DNA of 62,331 nucleotides from Acetomicrobium sp. UBA3949 (GTDB taxonomy: Bacteria; Synergistota; Synergistia; Synergistales; Acetomicrobiaceae): NCBI GenBank assembly GCA_002385485.1, contig DGDP01000096.1, forward strand, positions 569 through 62,899. Direction: 5' to 3'. The notes beneath the pieces were generated by a model that was given only the letters and a program-made list of their open reading frames with translations, searched no databases and was not told the origin of the DNA. The position numbers were made by a program, and so were the translations under genes. Shown here in pieces: positions 50,980 through 62,284 of this stretch; the first letter of the stretch is position 1, and each line of letters starts with the position of its first letter.

Positions 50980-52353
50980 TTAAATATCGCTTCCTCCTAC
51001 GACTAGCTCCTTTATGAGAACGGTTGGCTGACCATCCGTCACTGGAACGGATTGGCCGTTTTTTCCACAAAAGCCGACATCAAATTCTAGATCGCTTCCA
51101 ACGGCCAAAATATCTTTCAACACTTGAGGTCCGTTCCCAACCAGGATAGCACCTTTTACCGGAACGGTTATCTTCCCATCCTCGATGAGGTATGCCTCTT
51201 CCACATTAAAGACAAAATCACCGGTTGTGGGATCCGTCTCACCGCCACCCATCTTTTGAGCGTAAAGCCCGAAAGAAACTCGCGAAATGATTTCCTCCTT
51301 TTCCATATTTCCCGGCAAGAGAAAGGTATTTGACATCCTGGTTATGGGATAAGAAGTATAGGATTCCCTTCTTCCATTGCCAGTCAGGGGAAGTCCCCAC
51401 ATTTTATTACAAAATACGTCTGCCATATACGCCTTTAATATTCCATCTTCGATCAAGATAGTCCTTTGGGCAGGCGTGCCCTCATCGTCAAATTTATACG
51501 ACCCAAAAGCACCTTCGATAGTGGCATCATCTATTAATGTAACGGCTGGATTGGCAACCACTTCACCAATCCTATCCTTAAAAACGGAGCGATTTTTATA
51601 GACTATATCGCCTTCCAAAGCATGGCCACAAGCCTCATGAATCATCGTCCCCCCTGCCTCCTCTCCTGATAGTACCACAGGTACCTTCCCTGCTGGACAA
51701 GGAGAACATTCTGGACCAAGCAAGGCCCTTTTGGCAGCTTTTAAAGCTGTTGACATTGTATCCGTTCTTTCTAAAAACTGTGCAAAAGGAAGGCTGAATC
51801 CTCTTGACTCGTACCCCGAAAAGAGCTTGCCGTCCTTTTCCACGACGATGTGGGCAGAAAAGCGAGATGAATACCTGGTATCTCTAACTAAATCTCCCCG
51901 ACTGTTAATAATAGTTATTTCTTTTTCAGAGGTGCTCAGCCTTAAGGTTACCTTTTTTATATATTTACTTTCTTTTACGAGATTATGATGTATTTCCCTT
52001 AACATAGCGCTATCAATTTGCCCATTCGTAAGCTGTTCCTGTTTTACAAGGGGTTCCGGCGCAGGCATGGGTAAAGGGCAATTGATATTTATCATTTTAA
52101 TGACATCATCAACTAGCTTTACTGCCACATCGGACGTAATACCGTGAACGTGACCATAGTGAATCATTCCGTCGCTTAGGAGACGAAATCCGCTCCCTCC
52201 GGCGCTTCCTGATGTTATCTCTTCAGTTCTGCCATCTTCAACAGATATGCTATGACCAAAAGAACTCTGGATATAAAGATCGCAAAAAATATCTTTTTTG
52301 CGTCCCAAGGAAATTAGTGCTTCGACAAGAGCATTAACAGACAAAGGGATCAC
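50980..52353 (-). CDS. tldD: TldD-family metalloprotease
   Basis: HEACGH.LEGD, DDEG, TGNGRR, RMSNT and CGK.GQ.VPV motifs. Confidence 0.9.
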   Translation of the reverse strand: MIPLSVNALVEALISLGRKKDIFCDLYIQSSFGHSISVEDGRTEEITSGSAGGSGFRLLSDGMIHYGHVHGITSDVAVKLVDDVIKMININCPLPMPAPEPLVKQEQLTNGQIDSAMLREIHHNLVKESKYIKKVTLRLSTSEKEITIINSRGDLVRDTRYSSRFSAHIVVEKDGKLFSGYESRGFSLPFAQFLERTDTMSTALKAAKRALLGPECSPCPAGKVPVVLSGEEAGGTMIHEACGHALEGDIVYKNRSVFKDRIGEVVANPAVTLIDDATIEGAFGSYKFDDEGTPAQRTILIEDGILKAYMADVFCNKMWGLPLTGNGRRESYTSYPITRMSNTFLLPGNMEKEEIISRVSFGLYAQKMGGGETDPTTGDFVFNVEEAYLIEDGKITVPVKGAILVGNGPQVLKDILAVGSDLEFDVGFCGKNGQSVPVTDGQPTVLIKELVVGGSDI

Positions 52354-52355
52354 CC

Positions 52356-52604
52356 CTATTCAATTCTTATACTTCCGCCTGCGACCTGAAAATCATCTAT
52401 TTCGCTTCTAAGCAACGATATCAACTCATAAACCTCTTCTTCCATATCGCCGGCATAATAAAACCAGACATGCCCATCGGGTGCTTCTTCTTTTCTGACA
52501 TACCCTAAGTTATCATAACCGTCGACAACAGCACTCAAATAGAAAATATCGGATTCGTTTACGCGCAGCAAAAGTTTACATAGAGCCGATTTGTATTTAA
52601 CCAT
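52356..52604 (-). CDS. DUF4911-like small protein
   Basis: DIFYL...VDGYDNLG pattern; overlaps the rlmB end. Confidence 0.6.
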   Translation of the reverse strand: MVKYKSALCKLLLRVNESDIFYLSAVVDGYDNLGYVRKEEAPDGHVWFYYAGDMEEEVYELISLLRSEIDDFQVAGGSIRIE

Positions 52605-53373
52605 CCCTACCTTCTTCGCCTTTGACAACGCTTTTCATCCATTCATACATGCCTATGCTAGCCGCTACTGCAGCATTTAAGGACCCCGTCTTCCCAAACA
52701 TAGGTATAGATCTTATATCATCGCAAGCCCTCGCAACGATCGGAGAAATGCCAGCCTCTTCCGAACCAACCACCATGGTGAGCTTGCCTCTGATCGAAGG
52801 CTCATCCCAGAGGTATCTGTCAGCTCTCTGGTCCAACCCCACCACCCACATCCCGTTTTCCTGCAACCTCTTTATAGCACTTACCAAGTTGCTAACAGAA
52901 ACCATCATAACACGCATACTCGCGCCGGCACTACTTTTATGCACCGCACTGCTTGGATAAGCACTGTTGCGCTTGGGGAAAATCACGCCCAAAGCCCCAA
53001 AGACTTCTGCGCTCCTGATTATAGCTCCAAGGTTGTTAGGATCTTTTATTTTATCTGCAACTACAACAAGGGGGTTATCCTTTTTTTCTGTTATTCTGTC
53101 TATCAATTGATTGATATCACCCAAATTTCCTTGGGAAATATAGGCTAATACCCCTTGATGAGAGGCCCCTCCCGATACTCTGTCGAGAGTTTTATTATCT
53201 ACCCTCAGAACAGGAATGCCATTCTTGCGTGCCCTATCGTAAATGTCATCAACAAGCTTTTTGTTAATTCCTTCTAATATCAATATCTTATGACAACGAT
53301 GTGGCGATTCCTCCAAAAGAGCTATCACAGGATGGCGCCCGTAACATATATCTTCGATGCCGGAGTCTCTCAT
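52597..53373 (-). CDS. rlmB: 23S rRNA Gm2251 methyltransferase (TrmH/SpoU family)
   Basis: YGRHPV, HQGV, DPNNLGAIIRSA, GSE and SLNAAVA motifs. Confidence 0.9.
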   Translation of the reverse strand: MRDSGIEDICYGRHPVIALLEESPHRCHKILILEGINKKLVDDIYDRARKNGIPVLRVDNKTLDRVSGGASHQGVLAYISQGNLGDINQLIDRITEKKDNPLVVVADKIKDPNNLGAIIRSAEVFGALGVIFPKRNSAYPSSAVHKSSAGASMRVMMVSVSNLVSAIKRLQENGMWVVGLDQRADRYLWDEPSIRGKLTMVVGSEEAGISPIVARACDDIRSIPMFGKTGSLNAAVAASIGMYEWMKSVVKGEEGRDG

Positions 53374-56210
53374 GATACTAAATACCTTCCCCCTCTAATA
53401 TCTCCCAAAAAGGAAGATAAATATTTGCCTGTATAGCTACATTCGTTCTCGGCCAACTCTTCAGGCGTCCCCACAGCAACCACGTAGCCACCGCCATCTC
53501 CGCCTTCCGGTCCCAAATCAACTATGTAGTCACAGGAGGCAATAAAATCTAAATTGTGCTCTATCACCACAACTGTGTTACCTTGATCGACCAATCTATG
53601 CAAAAGTAAGAGCAACTTTTTTACATCGCTATAATGCAACCCTGTTGTCGGTTCATCCAAAAGATATAGGGTGGAGCCCTTGAATTGCTTGGCAAGCTCT
53701 GTGGCGAGCTTAACCCTTTGAGCTTCGCCTCCGCTCAAGGTAGGTGCCGGTTGACCGAGACGTATATAACCCAATCCGGCCTCTTTTATGACGGAAAGTT
53801 TCTTTTCGATCTTCGGAATATCCTTAAAGAACTCGCAGGCTTCATCTACCGTCATATCGAGAACGTCAGTTATGTTTTTGCCTTTAAACTTTACTTCTAG
53901 GGTTTCCCTGTTGTAGCGTTTCCCCTTACATACTTCACATGTTACGTAAGCATCGGGCATAAAGAGCATGGGAACGCGCACTACTCCTTCTCCCTTACAG
54001 GCTTCGCATCTGCCGCCTTTGACGTTAAAACTAAATCTCCCCATAGAATAACCTCTCAGCTTAGCTTCCGGAAGCATGGAGTAAAATTCCCTTATATGAG
54101 TGAAGGCGCCCGTGTACGTTGCAGGATTAGACCTTGGCGTCCGACCAATAGGGCTTTGGTCAATGAGAACAACATTTTGAACTTGAGAGTACCCTTCGAT
54201 AGTTCTATGTTTGCCCACTCTTGCTCTAAAATCGCTATCTATAAGTTTTTTGATGCCTTTAAATATTATTTCATAAAGCAAAGTACTTTTGCCTGAGCCA
54301 GAAACTCCGCTTATACAGACCAGGCCGCCCAGCGGAATCGAAACATCAATAGATTTTAAGTTATTCTCTTCGGCTCCGAAAATCTTTATATATCCTTTTG
54401 GCTTCCGTCTGCTGTTGCCGGGAGGGAAGACAACGCCAGAGCTTTCTCCACGCAGGTAGCGGGCAGAGAGACAGCAGGAATTTTTAATCTCATCGCTAGA
54501 ACCTTCAAATACAATCTCTCCCCCTCTCTCTCCTGCCTCCGGGCCCAGCTCTATGATATGATCTGCAGCCATCATTACTTCTCTGTCATGTTCAACGACA
54601 ATAATGCTATTGCCCAGATCTTTTATCGATTCCAACGTTTTTAGCAACCTGTTTGTATCTCTAGAGTGAAGTCCGATAGTCGGCTCGTCCAATACATAGA
54701 GGACTCCGGTCAACTTCGAACCTATCTGAGTAGCAAGGTGAATTCGCTGGCTTTCCCCGCCGCTTAATGTATCGGCCCTTCTATTTAACGTCAAATAGCC
54801 AACTCCTACATCAACGAGAAAGGAAAGTCTCTTAAGTAGTTCCTCGACGACAGGACGTACAACTTTTTCCCATTTGCTCTCCTCTGATCTTATTTTGTTG
54901 ACTACATTGACTAAATTGGCGACCTGCATTTCTACCATGTCACCAATTGTATAACCCGCTATCTTGACCGCCAAAGCTTCCGGTCGCAATCGCTTTCCAC
55001 CACAGCTTTCGCATATATCTTCCGTCCTGAATTTGGAAAGTTCCTCTTTGACGTTATCCGACTCAGTCTCTCTCCAGCGCCGTTCTAACCAAGGAATTAA
55101 ACCCTCATATCGCCCCATATAAGTAAATTCTTCGCCATGTTCTCTATATGTCATTGGAGCTCTATCGTTTGAACCGTTTATTACCGTCTCTACGACATAT
55201 TTAGGCAATGACTTAAAGGGGAGGTCTAAGTTCCATTCTTTCTTTTTTGCTATAGCCTCCAAGCGCCTTAACATGTAATGATTTTTGCCCCAAGGTATAA
55301 TGGCACCTTCTAATACCTTTCTTTCAGGATCTATTGCAAATTCTTTAGAAAAGTACTCATAACTTCCGATTCCCGAACAAGAGGGGCATGCGCCATAAGG
55401 ACTATTGAAGGAAAAAAGCCTGGGCTCTATTTCCGGGATAGATATTCCGCAATCGGGGCAAACGAATTTATTAGTTAACAGTTCCTCCTCTATTTCGTCT
55501 ATTAAAAAAAGAACAAACCCCTCGGCCAATTCGAAGGATTTTTCAACAGCCTCGCTTAAGCGATCTCTTCTGCTTTCATGGGCTCTTATACGATCCAAAA
55601 CAACTTCTATATTGTGTGGTCTGTTTTTATCCAGAGCTATTTCCTCTTCAAGCCAAAAAACCTGACCATCAACCCTTACTCTTACATAACCTGCTTGTCG
55701 TAATTTCAAAAAGAGATTTTTGTGTTCTCCTTTTTTCCCCTTGACCACTGGAGCAAGTATCGTAAGCCTTCTATCCTTCCATTTATTCAAGACCAAGTCT
55801 ACTATTTCGTCCACAGTATAGCGATGCACTTCGTGACCGCATATGTGACAATATGGCACTCCTGCTCTGCCATACAAAAGTCTCAAATAATCGTAAATCT
55901 CGGTAACTGTTCCAACTGTAGAACGTGGATTGTGAGATATTCCCTTTTGTTCTATCGATATAGCCGGCGATAAACCGGATATGTCATCTACGTCAGGTTT
56001 ATCTTGCATACCTAAAAACTGCCTCGCGAAGGCCGACAGAGATTCGACATACCTGCGTTGGCCCTCTGCATATATGGTATCAAATGCCAGCGACGATTTA
56101 CCCGATCCCGATGGCCCTGTTATCACGACCATTTTGTTTTTGGGGATCTTTACATTTATATTTTTTAAATTATGCTGTCTTGCTCCTTTTACGATTATGT
56201 ACTGTTCCAC
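53370..56210 (-). CDS. uvrA: Excinuclease ABC subunit A
   Basis: GARQHNLKN, two ABC ATPase domains and zinc fingers. Confidence 0.98.
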   Translation of the reverse strand: MEQYIIVKGARQHNLKNINVKIPKNKMVVITGPSGSGKSSLAFDTIYAEGQRRYVESLSAFARQFLGMQDKPDVDDISGLSPAISIEQKGISHNPRSTVGTVTEIYDYLRLLYGRAGVPYCHICGHEVHRYTVDEIVDLVLNKWKDRRLTILAPVVKGKKGEHKNLFLKLRQAGYVRVRVDGQVFWLEEEIALDKNRPHNIEVVLDRIRAHESRRDRLSEAVEKSFELAEGFVLFLIDEIEEELLTNKFVCPDCGISIPEIEPRLFSFNSPYGACPSCSGIGSYEYFSKEFAIDPERKVLEGAIIPWGKNHYMLRRLEAIAKKKEWNLDLPFKSLPKYVVETVINGSNDRAPMTYREHGEEFTYMGRYEGLIPWLERRWRETESDNVKEELSKFRTEDICESCGGKRLRPEALAVKIAGYTIGDMVEMQVANLVNVVNKIRSEESKWEKVVRPVVEELLKRLSFLVDVGVGYLTLNRRADTLSGGESQRIHLATQIGSKLTGVLYVLDEPTIGLHSRDTNRLLKTLESIKDLGNSIIVVEHDREVMMAADHIIELGPEAGERGGEIVFEGSSDEIKNSCCLSARYLRGESSGVVFPPGNSRRKPKGYIKIFGAEENNLKSIDVSIPLGGLVCISGVSGSGKSTLLYEIIFKGIKKLIDSDFRARVGKHRTIEGYSQVQNVVLIDQSPIGRTPRSNPATYTGAFTHIREFYSMLPEAKLRGYSMGRFSFNVKGGRCEACKGEGVVRVPMLFMPDAYVTCEVCKGKRYNRETLEVKFKGKNITDVLDMTVDEACEFFKDIPKIEKKLSVIKEAGLGYIRLGQPAPTLSGGEAQRVKLATELAKQFKGSTLYLLDEPTTGLHYSDVKKLLLLLHRLVDQGNTVVVIEHNLDFIASCDYIVDLGPEGGDGGGYVVAVGTPEELAENECSYTGKYLSSFLGDIRGGRYLVS

Positions 56211-58194
56211 GCGTAATTCTTCCTCCCTTGATATCGCTGATCAAATCTCGCAATCTCGCAGCCTCTTCGAAGTTAAGTTTTGCAACAGCATCCCACATCA
56301 TGCGCTCCAGCTCTTCGAGAGACACTTCGCTGGGCCTTGGAACTGACCCGTCATCTCCTTCGCCCTCTCTCTTTTCCAAGAGCTCTTCCGGTAAAAGATG
56401 TACAATGGGTTTAACGATGCTCTTCGGCTCAATACCATGTTCGATGTTAAAGGCTTCCTGTATTTTTCTTCGACGTTCTGTCTCGCTTACTGCAACCTTA
56501 ATGCTTTCCGTCATTTCGTCGGCATAGAGAACTACCGTACCTGCCGCATGTCTTGCCGCCCTACCGATCATCTGAATAATGGAGCGAGAAGAACGCAAGA
56601 AACCTTCTCTGTCTGCATCGAGTATGGCCACCAAGCTTACCTCAGGAAGATCAAGGCCCTCTCTCAATAAATTTACTCCCACCAAAATGTCAATGGTGCC
56701 AATCCTGAGATCACGAAGAAGCTCGGCCCTTTCAAAGGCATCGAATTCAGAATGGATGTATTTCACTTTATATCCCAATCCAGCAAGATATTCCGCCAAA
56801 TCCTCAGCTGATCGCTTTGTCAAAGTATTGACCAATACTCTCTTGTTTTCTCTAAGACATCCTTTAAGCCGATAGAGCAAATCGTCAAGTTGATTTTTTG
56901 CAGGAACTACCTCTACTTTGGGATCTAAAATCCCTGTGGGCCTAACAAGCAACTCAACTACCTGTTCCGATGTCGATAATTCATAATCACCGGGGGTTGC
57001 CGATACGAAAATTACTTTTTTCATATATTCTTCGAACTCCTCCCACCGGAGTGGTCTGTTGTCGAGACAGGAAGGCAATCTGAAGCCATGTTCCACCAGC
57101 GTCTTCTTTCTTGAAATATCGCCATTGTACATCCCTCTGATTTGAGGAACAGTTATGTGAGATTCATCTATTACCATGACAAAATTGTCAGGGAAGAAAT
57201 CCAGAAGGGTTCCCGGCGGTTCCCCCGGATTTCTGCCATCTAGATGTCTTGAATAGTTCTCTATACCTGAACAATAACCTACTTCGGACAACATTTGCAT
57301 ATCATAACGAGTCCGAGTCGACAAACGCTGTGCCTCCAATAGTTTACCCTCAGATTGAAGCTCCGCTACACGGAGATCCAATTCTTCTTCAATTGCTTTT
57401 AACGCCTTTTTAATTGAATCATGGGTTGTAACGTAGTGTTGGGCGGGAAATACGGCAGCGCAATCCTTTTCGACAATTGTCTTACCCCATAAGGGGTCAA
57501 TCTCCTCTATTCTCTCTATTTCGTCATCGAAAAAGAAAACACGTAACGCTGTATCACTATAAGCTGGATAAACTTCGACGACATCGCCTCGTCCACGGAA
57601 TGTCCCAGGCTCTAACGTCGTATCGTTACGCTCGTAATAGTTGTCGAGCAATCGCTTGAAGAAGTCCTTTCGGTTAATATTATCGCCGACAGAAAATCTA
57701 AAGACTGCTTCTTCGTAGGACTTTCGCCTTCCCAAACCGTATATACAGGACACACTTGCGACTACAATAACATCTCTTCTTTCCAGCAGAGCCTTGGTTG
57801 TAGCCAACCTCAATTTTTCGATCCTTTCGTTTATAGAAGCGTCCTTTTCTATATAGATGTCCTGCGATGGTAAATATGCCTCGGGTTGGTAGTAATCATA
57901 ATAGCTAATGAAATAATGGACTTCGTTATTAGGAAAAAAATCCTTAAATTCACTGTATAGCTGTGCAGCTAGCGTTTTGTTGTGAGCTATTACCAAGACT
58001 GGCCTTTGGATCTTCTCGATCACATTCGCTATAGTGAAGGTTTTTCCGCTTCCCGTAACTCCAAGGAGAGTTTGATACCTCATGCCCTGCTTCAAGCCTG
58101 AGGCCAATTTTTCTATGGCGAGAGGCTGGTCCCCAGCCGGTTTCCAGGGAGCTACTAGCTCAAATTTTTTTTGGCCTTCTCCTTGGTACTTCAT
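56170..58194 (-). CDS. uvrB: Excinuclease ABC subunit B
   Basis: GVTGSGKT, HNKTLAAQLY, YYDYYQPEAY, DESH and C-terminal UVR motifs; start uncertain (58194-58236). Confidence 0.97.
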   Translation of the reverse strand: MKYQGEGQKKFELVAPWKPAGDQPLAIEKLASGLKQGMRYQTLLGVTGSGKTFTIANVIEKIQRPVLVIAHNKTLAAQLYSEFKDFFPNNEVHYFISYYDYYQPEAYLPSQDIYIEKDASINERIEKLRLATTKALLERRDVIVVASVSCIYGLGRRKSYEEAVFRFSVGDNINRKDFFKRLLDNYYERNDTTLEPGTFRGRGDVVEVYPAYSDTALRVFFFDDEIERIEEIDPLWGKTIVEKDCAAVFPAQHYVTTHDSIKKALKAIEEELDLRVAELQSEGKLLEAQRLSTRTRYDMQMLSEVGYCSGIENYSRHLDGRNPGEPPGTLLDFFPDNFVMVIDESHITVPQIRGMYNGDISRKKTLVEHGFRLPSCLDNRPLRWEEFEEYMKKVIFVSATPGDYELSTSEQVVELLVRPTGILDPKVEVVPAKNQLDDLLYRLKGCLRENKRVLVNTLTKRSAEDLAEYLAGLGYKVKYIHSEFDAFERAELLRDLRIGTIDILVGVNLLREGLDLPEVSLVAILDADREGFLRSSRSIIQMIGRAARHAAGTVVLYADEMTESIKVAVSETERRRKIQEAFNIEHGIEPKSIVKPIVHLLPEELLEKREGEGDDGSVPRPSEVSLEELERMMWDAVAKLNFEEAARLRDLISDIKGGRITRGTVHNRKRSKTA

Positions 58195-58314
58195 TTTTAC
58201 AAAAACCACCTCATGTATATTATCAAGAAAAAGCATGACGCGCAGGATTATCTACGCGCCATTATCTAGTATATCTAAAGCATCCTATCCACAGTCAGTG
58301 ATGTCAAATTATAC

Positions 58315-60228
58315 CTATGCCGGATCTATCCTAGGTTCAAGCTGAAGTGACGTTTTTTTCTCAACAGCCTGCGCCGCAGCAACTGACTCGGCATCAGCAT
58401 CCCCCTCAGAACGATCCGTCACTTCATCAAGTTTTTCGTTGATTAAGCTATCTAATTCTTCGCCCTCCAAAACTTCTTTTTCCAGTAAAACCGCAGCAAT
58501 TTTTTCAAGTACCGAGTCATGTTTAACCAAAAGATCTCTAACTAACTCATAACAGTCGTCAATGATACGCCTGACTTCTTGGTCTATAGCGTATGCGATC
58601 TCTTCGCTGTAATTCCTATCTTCGACTATATCTCTTCCAAGAAATATCTCGTGTTGTTTTCGTCCCAATCTAACCGGACCCAATCGTTCGCTCATTCCGA
58701 ACTCGGTGACCATTTTCCTGGCTATTTGAGTAGCGCGCTCTAAATCGTTCTGGGATCCCGTAGTGATATCGTCGCTCTTAAGCTCCTCGGTAACTCTTCC
58801 GCCCAATAAAACGCATATTTGATTTAATAGCTCCTTTTTGGATATGAGAAAGCGATCTTCTTCGGGCAGCTGCATTGTATATCCCAAGGCCTGATGCCCC
58901 CTGGGTATTATGGAGACTTTATGCACGGGATCGCAATCGGGCAAAAGCTTGGCCACAAGAGCATGACCCGACTCGTGTAATGCTATGACTCTTTTTTCCT
59001 TCGGGCTTATAACCCTGCTCCTCCGTTCCGGCCCGGCTATTACTCTGTCTATGGCCTCTTCAAACTCCTCCATCGTTATTTGCTTCTTATTGCGCCTTGC
59101 AGCCAATAAAGCTGATTCGTTAACCAGGTTAGCTAGATCGGCACCAACAAATCCTGGAGTCCTTTTTGCTATAATTTCCAAATTTACATTGGGATCCACT
59201 TTTTTGTCTCGTAAATGAACCTTAAGTATGGCCAGTCTTCCATTGAAATCAGGCCTGTCGACGACGATCTGACGATCAAACCGCCCGGGTCGAAGAAGTG
59301 CAGGGTCCAATATATCGGGCCTGTTGGTCGCTGCTATTACGATTATTCCCGTCGACGCATCGAACCCGTCTAGCTCTACGAGCAATTGGTTTAAGGTTTG
59401 CTCTCTCTCATCGTGCCCTCCTCCAAGCCCAGCCCCTCTATGCCTTCCGACGGCATCTATTTCGTCTATAAAGATAATGCAGGGCTGATATTTCCTGGCC
59501 TGCTCAAAAAGGTCCCGAACCCTGGCAGCTCCGACGCCGACGAACATCTCCACGAAGTCCGAGCCGCTGATGCTGAAGAAGGGTACATCTGCCTCCCCTG
59601 CTACAGCTCTAGCCAATAAGGTCTTGCCCGTTCCGGGGTGCCCTAGAAGAAGAACTCCTCTGGGCACCCTAGCACCCAAGGCAGAAAATTTTCTTGGATT
59701 TCGCAAGAACTCTATAACCTCATGCAACTCCTCTTTGGCTTCGTCGCAACCCGCAACATCATCAAAAGTTACCTTAGGACGATTATCCAAGAACATCTTT
59801 GCCTTGCTTTTAGCGAAGGACATGACTTTGCTTCCCCCGCCTTGCATGTGGTAGAGAATGAAAATCCATGCTCCTATCAAAAGAAGGGTTGGGAATAGGG
59901 AAGAGACCATCCCAGACCACCAAGGAGCCGCTTGTGGTGGTTTAACTTCCACATTAACACCCCTTGCCGCTATCTCCTTGGCTAAATCTCCCACTCCAAC
60001 GGCATAGGTATTAAACACTCTACCATCCTTTAATTTACCCGTAATGCTGGATCCATCTATGGCAACCTCCGTAACGTTGCCCTTATCAACTTGTTCAAGG
60101 AACTCTGAATAAGATAGTGGCGCAACATCACGAGTTTGCTGCATTGGAGTTATGAACATGTTGACCAGACTAACTACGAGCACTATCAATATCAAATACA
60201 ACCCTAAGTTTTTCATCATTCTATTCAA
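58315..60228 (-). CDS. ftsH: ATP-dependent zinc metalloprotease FtsH
   Basis: Two TM segments, [22 protein letters not shown] and HESGH motifs. Confidence 0.98.
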   Translation of the reverse strand: MNRMMKNLGLYLILIVLVVSLVNMFITPMQQTRDVAPLSYSEFLEQVDKGNVTEVAIDGSSITGKLKDGRVFNTYAVGVGDLAKEIAARGVNVEVKPPQAAPWWSGMVSSLFPTLLLIGAWIFILYHMQGGGSKVMSFAKSKAKMFLDNRPKVTFDDVAGCDEAKEELHEVIEFLRNPRKFSALGARVPRGVLLLGHPGTGKTLLARAVAGEADVPFFSISGSDFVEMFVGVGAARVRDLFEQARKYQPCIIFIDEIDAVGRHRGAGLGGGHDEREQTLNQLLVELDGFDASTGIIVIAATNRPDILDPALLRPGRFDRQIVVDRPDFNGRLAILKVHLRDKKVDPNVNLEIIAKRTPGFVGADLANLVNESALLAARRNKKQITMEEFEEAIDRVIAGPERRSRVISPKEKRVIALHESGHALVAKLLPDCDPVHKVSIIPRGHQALGYTMQLPEEDRFLISKKELLNQICVLLGGRVTEELKSDDITTGSQNDLERATQIARKMVTEFGMSERLGPVRLGRKQHEIFLGRDIVEDRNYSEEIAYAIDQEVRRIIDDCYELVRDLLVKHDSVLEKIAAVLLEKEVLEGEELDSLINEKLDEVTDRSEGDADAESVAAAQAVEKKTSLQLEPRIDPA

Positions 60229-60267
60229 TCTATTACCACCTCTTTACCCTAAAACAGGCTTTCCGCC

Positions 60268-60804
60268 TCATATAGAGGGCCTTACGACATATATTGACGG
60301 CAAATTTCTCCACAATCCCGCATAATCCAAGCCATATCCTACTACAAATTCATCGGGAATTGTAAATCCGCAATAATCGATATTTACCTCTGACTGATGC
60401 CTCTCCGGCTTATCCAAGAGAACGCATACCTTCAGGCCTCTCGGTTCCCTTTCCATCATGAGTCTTGACAAATAAGAGAGCGTCAATCCCGTGTCCATGA
60501 TATCTTCTACGATCAAAACCTCGCATCCCTTGATATCGGTATCTATATCCTTGATAATTCTCACGATTCCGCTTGTCTTTGTAGAGGCACCATACGACGA
60601 TACCGCTAAAAAGTCAATTTTCACCTTTACTGAGCTGTCTATATTTCGAACTAGATCTGAGAGAAATATAACTGCTCCTTTGAGAACGCCAATAATTATC
60701 AACTCTTTGCCTGCATAATCTTTCGATATCTGCCGACCCAACTCCATTACCCTTTTTTTTATTTCTTCTTCGCTAATTAGAATTTCGCTCAACTCATACG
60801 ACAT
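60268..60804 (-). CDS. hpt: Hypoxanthine phosphoribosyltransferase
   Basis: VLKGA, VSSYG, VEDIMDTGLT and FVVGYGLD motifs; AAAGGA RBS before the ATG at 60804. Confidence 0.94.
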   Translation of the reverse strand: MSYELSEILISEEEIKKRVMELGRQISKDYAGKELIIIGVLKGAVIFLSDLVRNIDSSVKVKIDFLAVSSYGASTKTSGIVRIIKDIDTDIKGCEVLIVEDIMDTGLTLSYLSRLMMEREPRGLKVCVLLDKPERHQSEVNIDYCGFTIPDEFVVGYGLDYAGLWRNLPSIYVVRPSI

Positions 60805-60809
60805 AAATG

Positions 60810-62207
60810 CTACATCCTTTCGTCTTTCTGGTAATGTGCTTTTATCTGAACGGCTCTCGATGAAGGCCATATTACATTTTTGCCCTTGCCTTCGCCGTAT
60901 ATCGGTACCCACCACATTTTACAACTTAAAATGAATATTGGCCATCCTCGTTTGGCCCACCAAGACATAAATTCCAAGTTCCAACCAAAAGTTTTGCGAG
61001 CCTTAATAGCAGACATAACCCTAATAACAGCGCTCTCTTGATTGTCAATTATAAGGCGACACTGATGAGTGCCAAATTTGCTTTGAGTGAACTTGCCCTC
61101 TAAAAGCTCCCAAGAAATTTCCCAACCATTCCAAGAAAATGTTCCGCTCGGCCTCGATTCCAAATCTATTGGGACATCGATTAATCTATCATTAACATCC
61201 CAGTCAAGCCAAGCAATGAAATTTTTATCTCCACAAACCTCAACTTTGCCCTCCCACTGAAACCTCCAATTTATCTTATCTTTAATGAGCTTGAGCAACA
61301 ATTCCGTTCTGTCGCTTGAAAGAGTGGTTAAATGCATATCTCTTTGTTGTTTGCGAAGACATTCTGCTATTTGTAAAGCAGGAAGATTCAAAGACCGCAG
61401 GGCCTTCCTGTCCCAAAGAGCCTTCGTGTAAGGAAGAGGTTTTATCCCAACGAGGCCGTTAATTTTAGCGGCCTCGTTCTCGAGCAAATTGGCCGTTTCG
61501 AAAGCTTGCCTGGAAAGAAAGGCGATATGTTTTCTGATCTTTGGGTTATACTCCCTTTCGAGCAGAGGGATCAGCTGTAATCTTATCTTGTTTCTAGCGT
61601 AATTGGTATCTACATTGGTAGAATCCTCTCTCCAGTTGACACTAAGTCCCTCGAGGAGATCGATTATTTCCCTTCTGGTAAAATCTATCAAAGGCCTTAC
61701 TATATAACCGCGCTTTTCCGGAATACCTTGCAGACCTCTCAATCCGGTACCTCTTATTACGTTAAATAGAACTGTTTCGACAAGATCGTCGTTATGATGG
61801 CCCACGGCAATGCATGCAGCTTTATTTTCGCTCCTAATTTTTTCAAGAAATTCATAACGAAGTCTACGCGCGGCTTCTTCGATGCCTTCTCCTTTTTGAC
61901 GCAACTGAGGTACTGGGACGCTTTCCATAAAAAAGGGACATTGAAAACTGAAGGCCAAATCGCGCACGAATACAGCATCCTCGATCGATTCCCTACCCCT
62001 TATTCCATGTTCAAAGTGAGCTACGATAACCTTACCTCGCCATAGACTAACGAGCATCCAGAGGAGTGCCACCGAGTCCGGCCCTCCCGATATGCCGGCC
62101 ACCACCGAATCAGCGATGTTCCACCATCCTTGTCGTTCTCCTGTAGCCTTGAATTTAGGATAGTACCGGTCCATGATCCATTTAGGAATGTCTTTCGATA
62201 AATACAC
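60810..62207 (-). CDS. tilS: tRNA(Ile)-lysidine synthase
   Basis: SGGPDS, EEAARRLRY, HHNDD..ET, RGTG and RNKIR motifs; GTG start inferred from the AGGTGA RBS. Confidence 0.92.
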   Translation of the reverse strand: MYLSKDIPKWIMDRYYPKFKATGERQGWWNIADSVVAGISGGPDSVALLWMLVSLWRGKVIVAHFEHGIRGRESIEDAVFVRDLAFSFQCPFFMESVPVPQLRQKGEGIEEAARRLRYEFLEKIRSENKAACIAVGHHNDDLVETVLFNVIRGTGLRGLQGIPEKRGYIVRPLIDFTRREIIDLLEGLSVNWREDSTNVDTNYARNKIRLQLIPLLEREYNPKIRKHIAFLSRQAFETANLLENEAAKINGLVGIKPLPYTKALWDRKALRSLNLPALQIAECLRKQQRDMHLTTLSSDRTELLLKLIKDKINWRFQWEGKVEVCGDKNFIAWLDWDVNDRLIDVPIDLESRPSGTFSWNGWEISWELLEGKFTQSKFGTHQCRLIIDNQESAVIRVMSAIKARKTFGWNLEFMSWWAKRGWPIFILSCKMWWVPIYGEGKGKNVIWPSSRAVQIKAHYQKDERM

Positions 62208-62240
62208 CTTTATAATCACCTGTGAGGTTAAAAAGATATA

Positions 62241-62270
62241 ACATGGGCGGGGTAATAGCCCCGCCCATGT
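62241..62270 (-). terminator. Perfect 12-bp hairpin downstream of tRNA-Met (probable terminator)
   Basis: ACATGGGCGGGG-TAATAG-CCCCGCCCATGT. Confidence 0.65.
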
Positions 62271-62284
62271 CGAACGCAAAATTT

